From Stegostoma tigrinum (taxonomy: Eukaryota): a DNA stretch of 64,000 bases. Below the pieces are notes generated by a model. The model worked only from the letters and a program-made list of their open reading frames with translations. It made no database searches and had not been told where the DNA came from. The stretch is taken from the NCBI RefSeq assembly GCF_030684315.1, contig NC_081384.1, positions 26,822,818 through 26,886,817 of the forward strand, in the 5' to 3' direction. This document shows, in pieces, positions 61,571 to 64,000 of this stretch. How positions within the stretch are numbered: position 1 is the stretch's first letter; each line of letters starts with the position of its first letter. Made by a program: the position numbers and the translations under genes.

Positions 61571-63344
61571 TGTAGAATTAATGGTCTTAAAGTAACATTA
61601 CATTCTCCGGAAATGTCTGCTCCAAATCGGTATCATTATTTTAACAGGTATTTAATAGCAGAAGAGAAACAGATACACCAGGCTTTATTGAGAGGAATAT
61701 CTCAGTCTTTAGCTGTGAAAAAGCATGTATTTCCCCAGTCGTTTGTTTTTAGAAAGATAAAATTCAGCAAACACCATTGCAGACATTTTGCTCTGTTTGG
61801 AATGTTAGCTGGGAAATTTCCATAGGCCAACGTGTAGGAATAATTAGCTGAAGATTACTGTTACTGTTTCTTATCCATTCTCACCCTCCACCCCCACCCT
61901 GAGGCACTTTGGATGATAAGACAGTAATGAAAAGACATGACGATATTACTGGAATTTTGAAAGTGCTGCATTCTTCAATGAAGATAGATATATAGATAGT
62001 TAACCCGCAGGGTAAATGAGACAGTTAAAGATAAAAGGCAATGAGGCTCTTAGTGTAGTATAGAGAATTAGGGAAAGAAACAAAATTGCTTGAAGCTTGA
62101 ATGGTATGTGCCTTGAACAATGTAATTTTGAAGATAACATTCATTATATTTCTGTCCACATGTGCCTGAAAAATGTCATCAATATTTTCAGCAGGGGAGA
62201 AGAAGTATTACCCGTCATCTGTCTGAAGGAGAAAATATGTGTTCTAACTTAAAAAGGATCATCAATCATTTAAAGTGCTTCATTCAATTGTCTGCCATTA
62301 GCAAGAAGAGCCAGAAACAAAGTGTGAGGTCTGTGCACTGCTAAACTATTGTAACAAGTTTTACAAGATGGCTGTGATCAACAAAGTATAGACAAATCTG
62401 AAAGGTATCAGCAGACATTTGTACTCAAGAGTTTGCAGTGACTAAGGCTCCCCTCTCAGATACATTTTCTTTCATACTTTCTCATTCTGATTAGATTCCC
62501 ACTCTTACCCCTCTAACTTGTTCAGTGTTACTACTCAGTTTGTCAGTTTTAATTGGGTATATTCTTGGAGGTTTCATCAGCTCATGATAAAACACCTCTT
62601 CCCAAGTGCCTCACTTTGGTGCTGCATGTACTTGTTGTTTAAAGTGTTTAGATTCCTGGAGTAACATCAGTTGGAAAGCCAACAGACTCATTTTCTGTAT
62701 GTATGATTCTTGACTATCAGTCTAACGACATTTTCGTTCCTAACGCCATTAACTTTATAATATGTGTTAAAAAAATTTCTTTTTCAATGTCCCTATAATT
62801 TTCCTCTTGGGTTCCTACCTACAGTGTCCTTGAGGTAATTAGATACAGCCCATAAAGAACCAGAGGCATCTTTTAAAGAGAAACAATTGTTTATAAAACA
62901 TGAAAGGGGGCCACTCCATGTCAAGCACAGATCTAGTCAAGGAGGCAACCCAGTGTGAGTTGAAACATGTGACTAGTTGCTCTAGCCATGAGAAAGACCT
63001 TGCTTGACTTCTCATGTCTTTCTCTTATATTTCTCACTATAGCCCATGTCTCTCATGATCTGGGAAAATTCCATGTGATGTCTAATACACCAACGGAATT
63101 TGTACTCGATTGCTAATATGCAATAAACTGTAGTTGTTTAAGTCAAGAGCCTCTTCTTGTAAAACTATGAAAAGCTTTCTTCCACCACTCTTGAACAGTC
63201 AGGCCCTTTAGATCCCAAACACAAAAGAGAATAGAAATGAGGATCCATCATAAAACATGCAGATCTTACAACATTAAGCTGACATGTAGTTGGGGGCATT
63301 TGCTGATAGATGAAAACATATGTGACTGTCTGGTGATGTGTCAA

Positions 63345-63572
63345 TCAAGTTACCATAGACTTACCAGACCGTAGGGCTACTTTTCCATTAGAGAGAGAGA
63401 GACAAGTGGTGGTGATTTAATATGAAGGCCACCACACCTCAGGTGATGGAAGAGGTTGTGAAGGAGAGTCCTCGATAGCAACCTCAGCCAGAGATAAAGA
63501 ATTGAACACACACTGTTAGCATCACACTGCTTCAGAAACCAACAGTCCAGCCAACTGAACTAAGCCAACCAC
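63345..63572 (-). mobile_element. tRNA-derived SINE; partial relative at about 53775-53915
   Basis: Reverse complement GGTTGGCTTAGTTCAGTTGG...TGTTCAATTC...CACCTGAGGTGTGGTGGCCTTCA...CCCTACGGTCTGGTAAGTCTATGG. Confidence 0.65.
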
Positions 63573-64000
63573 AGATTATGTATACTGCCACAGAGCAGAA
63601 AGAAGAGGTGGAGAATAGTGTCATGTTGTTAAACATAGGTCACCATGTTGTATCAAAGAAAAGGGAATGTGACGGGAGCCTTGTGTTTGAGTTCTTTTTG
63701 TGCACTTACAGTGCTTCATTTTCTGTTCCCTTTTGATGAGCGTCTCACTCCCTGGCCACATTGTCTCGTGAGTCACTGGGTTGTTGAAATAGCCAACATC
63801 CACTTAAAGAAGTGAATACTGATTTAAAAATGAGGGGATGACAATTCTGTTTGTTAAGTAGGAAAATTAACAACTCTCCTCTTGCAGCAAGCCAGTTTTC
63901 ACATAGAATTATGTAAAATGCATCACACAAAAATGAATTCACATCAGGATTTATGTTCCTTGTGAGCCTTTAGCTATCTCAGCTCATTAACATTAATTTT

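Overview
Eukaryotic, repeat-dense vertebrate DNA. It is almost certainly a shark: it carries HE1-type V-SINEs, HER1-like CR1 LINEs and DeuSINE/SacSINE1-like relics, and a carpet shark is plausible but not proven. I recognise no intact protein-coding gene, RNA gene or CRISPR array. The long ORFs are decayed transposon ORFs (CR1 RT, Penelope RT/GIY-YIG, RTE, Rex1, Harbinger transposase and its Myb/SANT partner) or chance ORFs. The most notable signal is a set of about ten fold-back (palindromic) insertions derived from the 3' ends of several Penelope-like element (PLE) families. They are 160-770 bp long and most are flanked by 11-16 bp target-site duplications (TSDs). They carry minimal hammerhead-ribozyme cores (CUGANGA-stemII-GAAACGUH), and in the short copies the fold-back point lies at that core. 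Other points of interest are a double palindrome with inverted duplication of non-PLE flanks (20.66-21.31 kb), a solo LTR hit by two PLEs (23.7-24.8 kb), an unexplained 86-bp inverted duplication (51.05/51.74 kb), and a candidate TATA promoter plus first exon (about 19.1-19.48 kb) with phase-compatible downstream exon candidates. Repeat family names come from motif recognition by eye, not database searches. Boundaries of old repeats are approximate.
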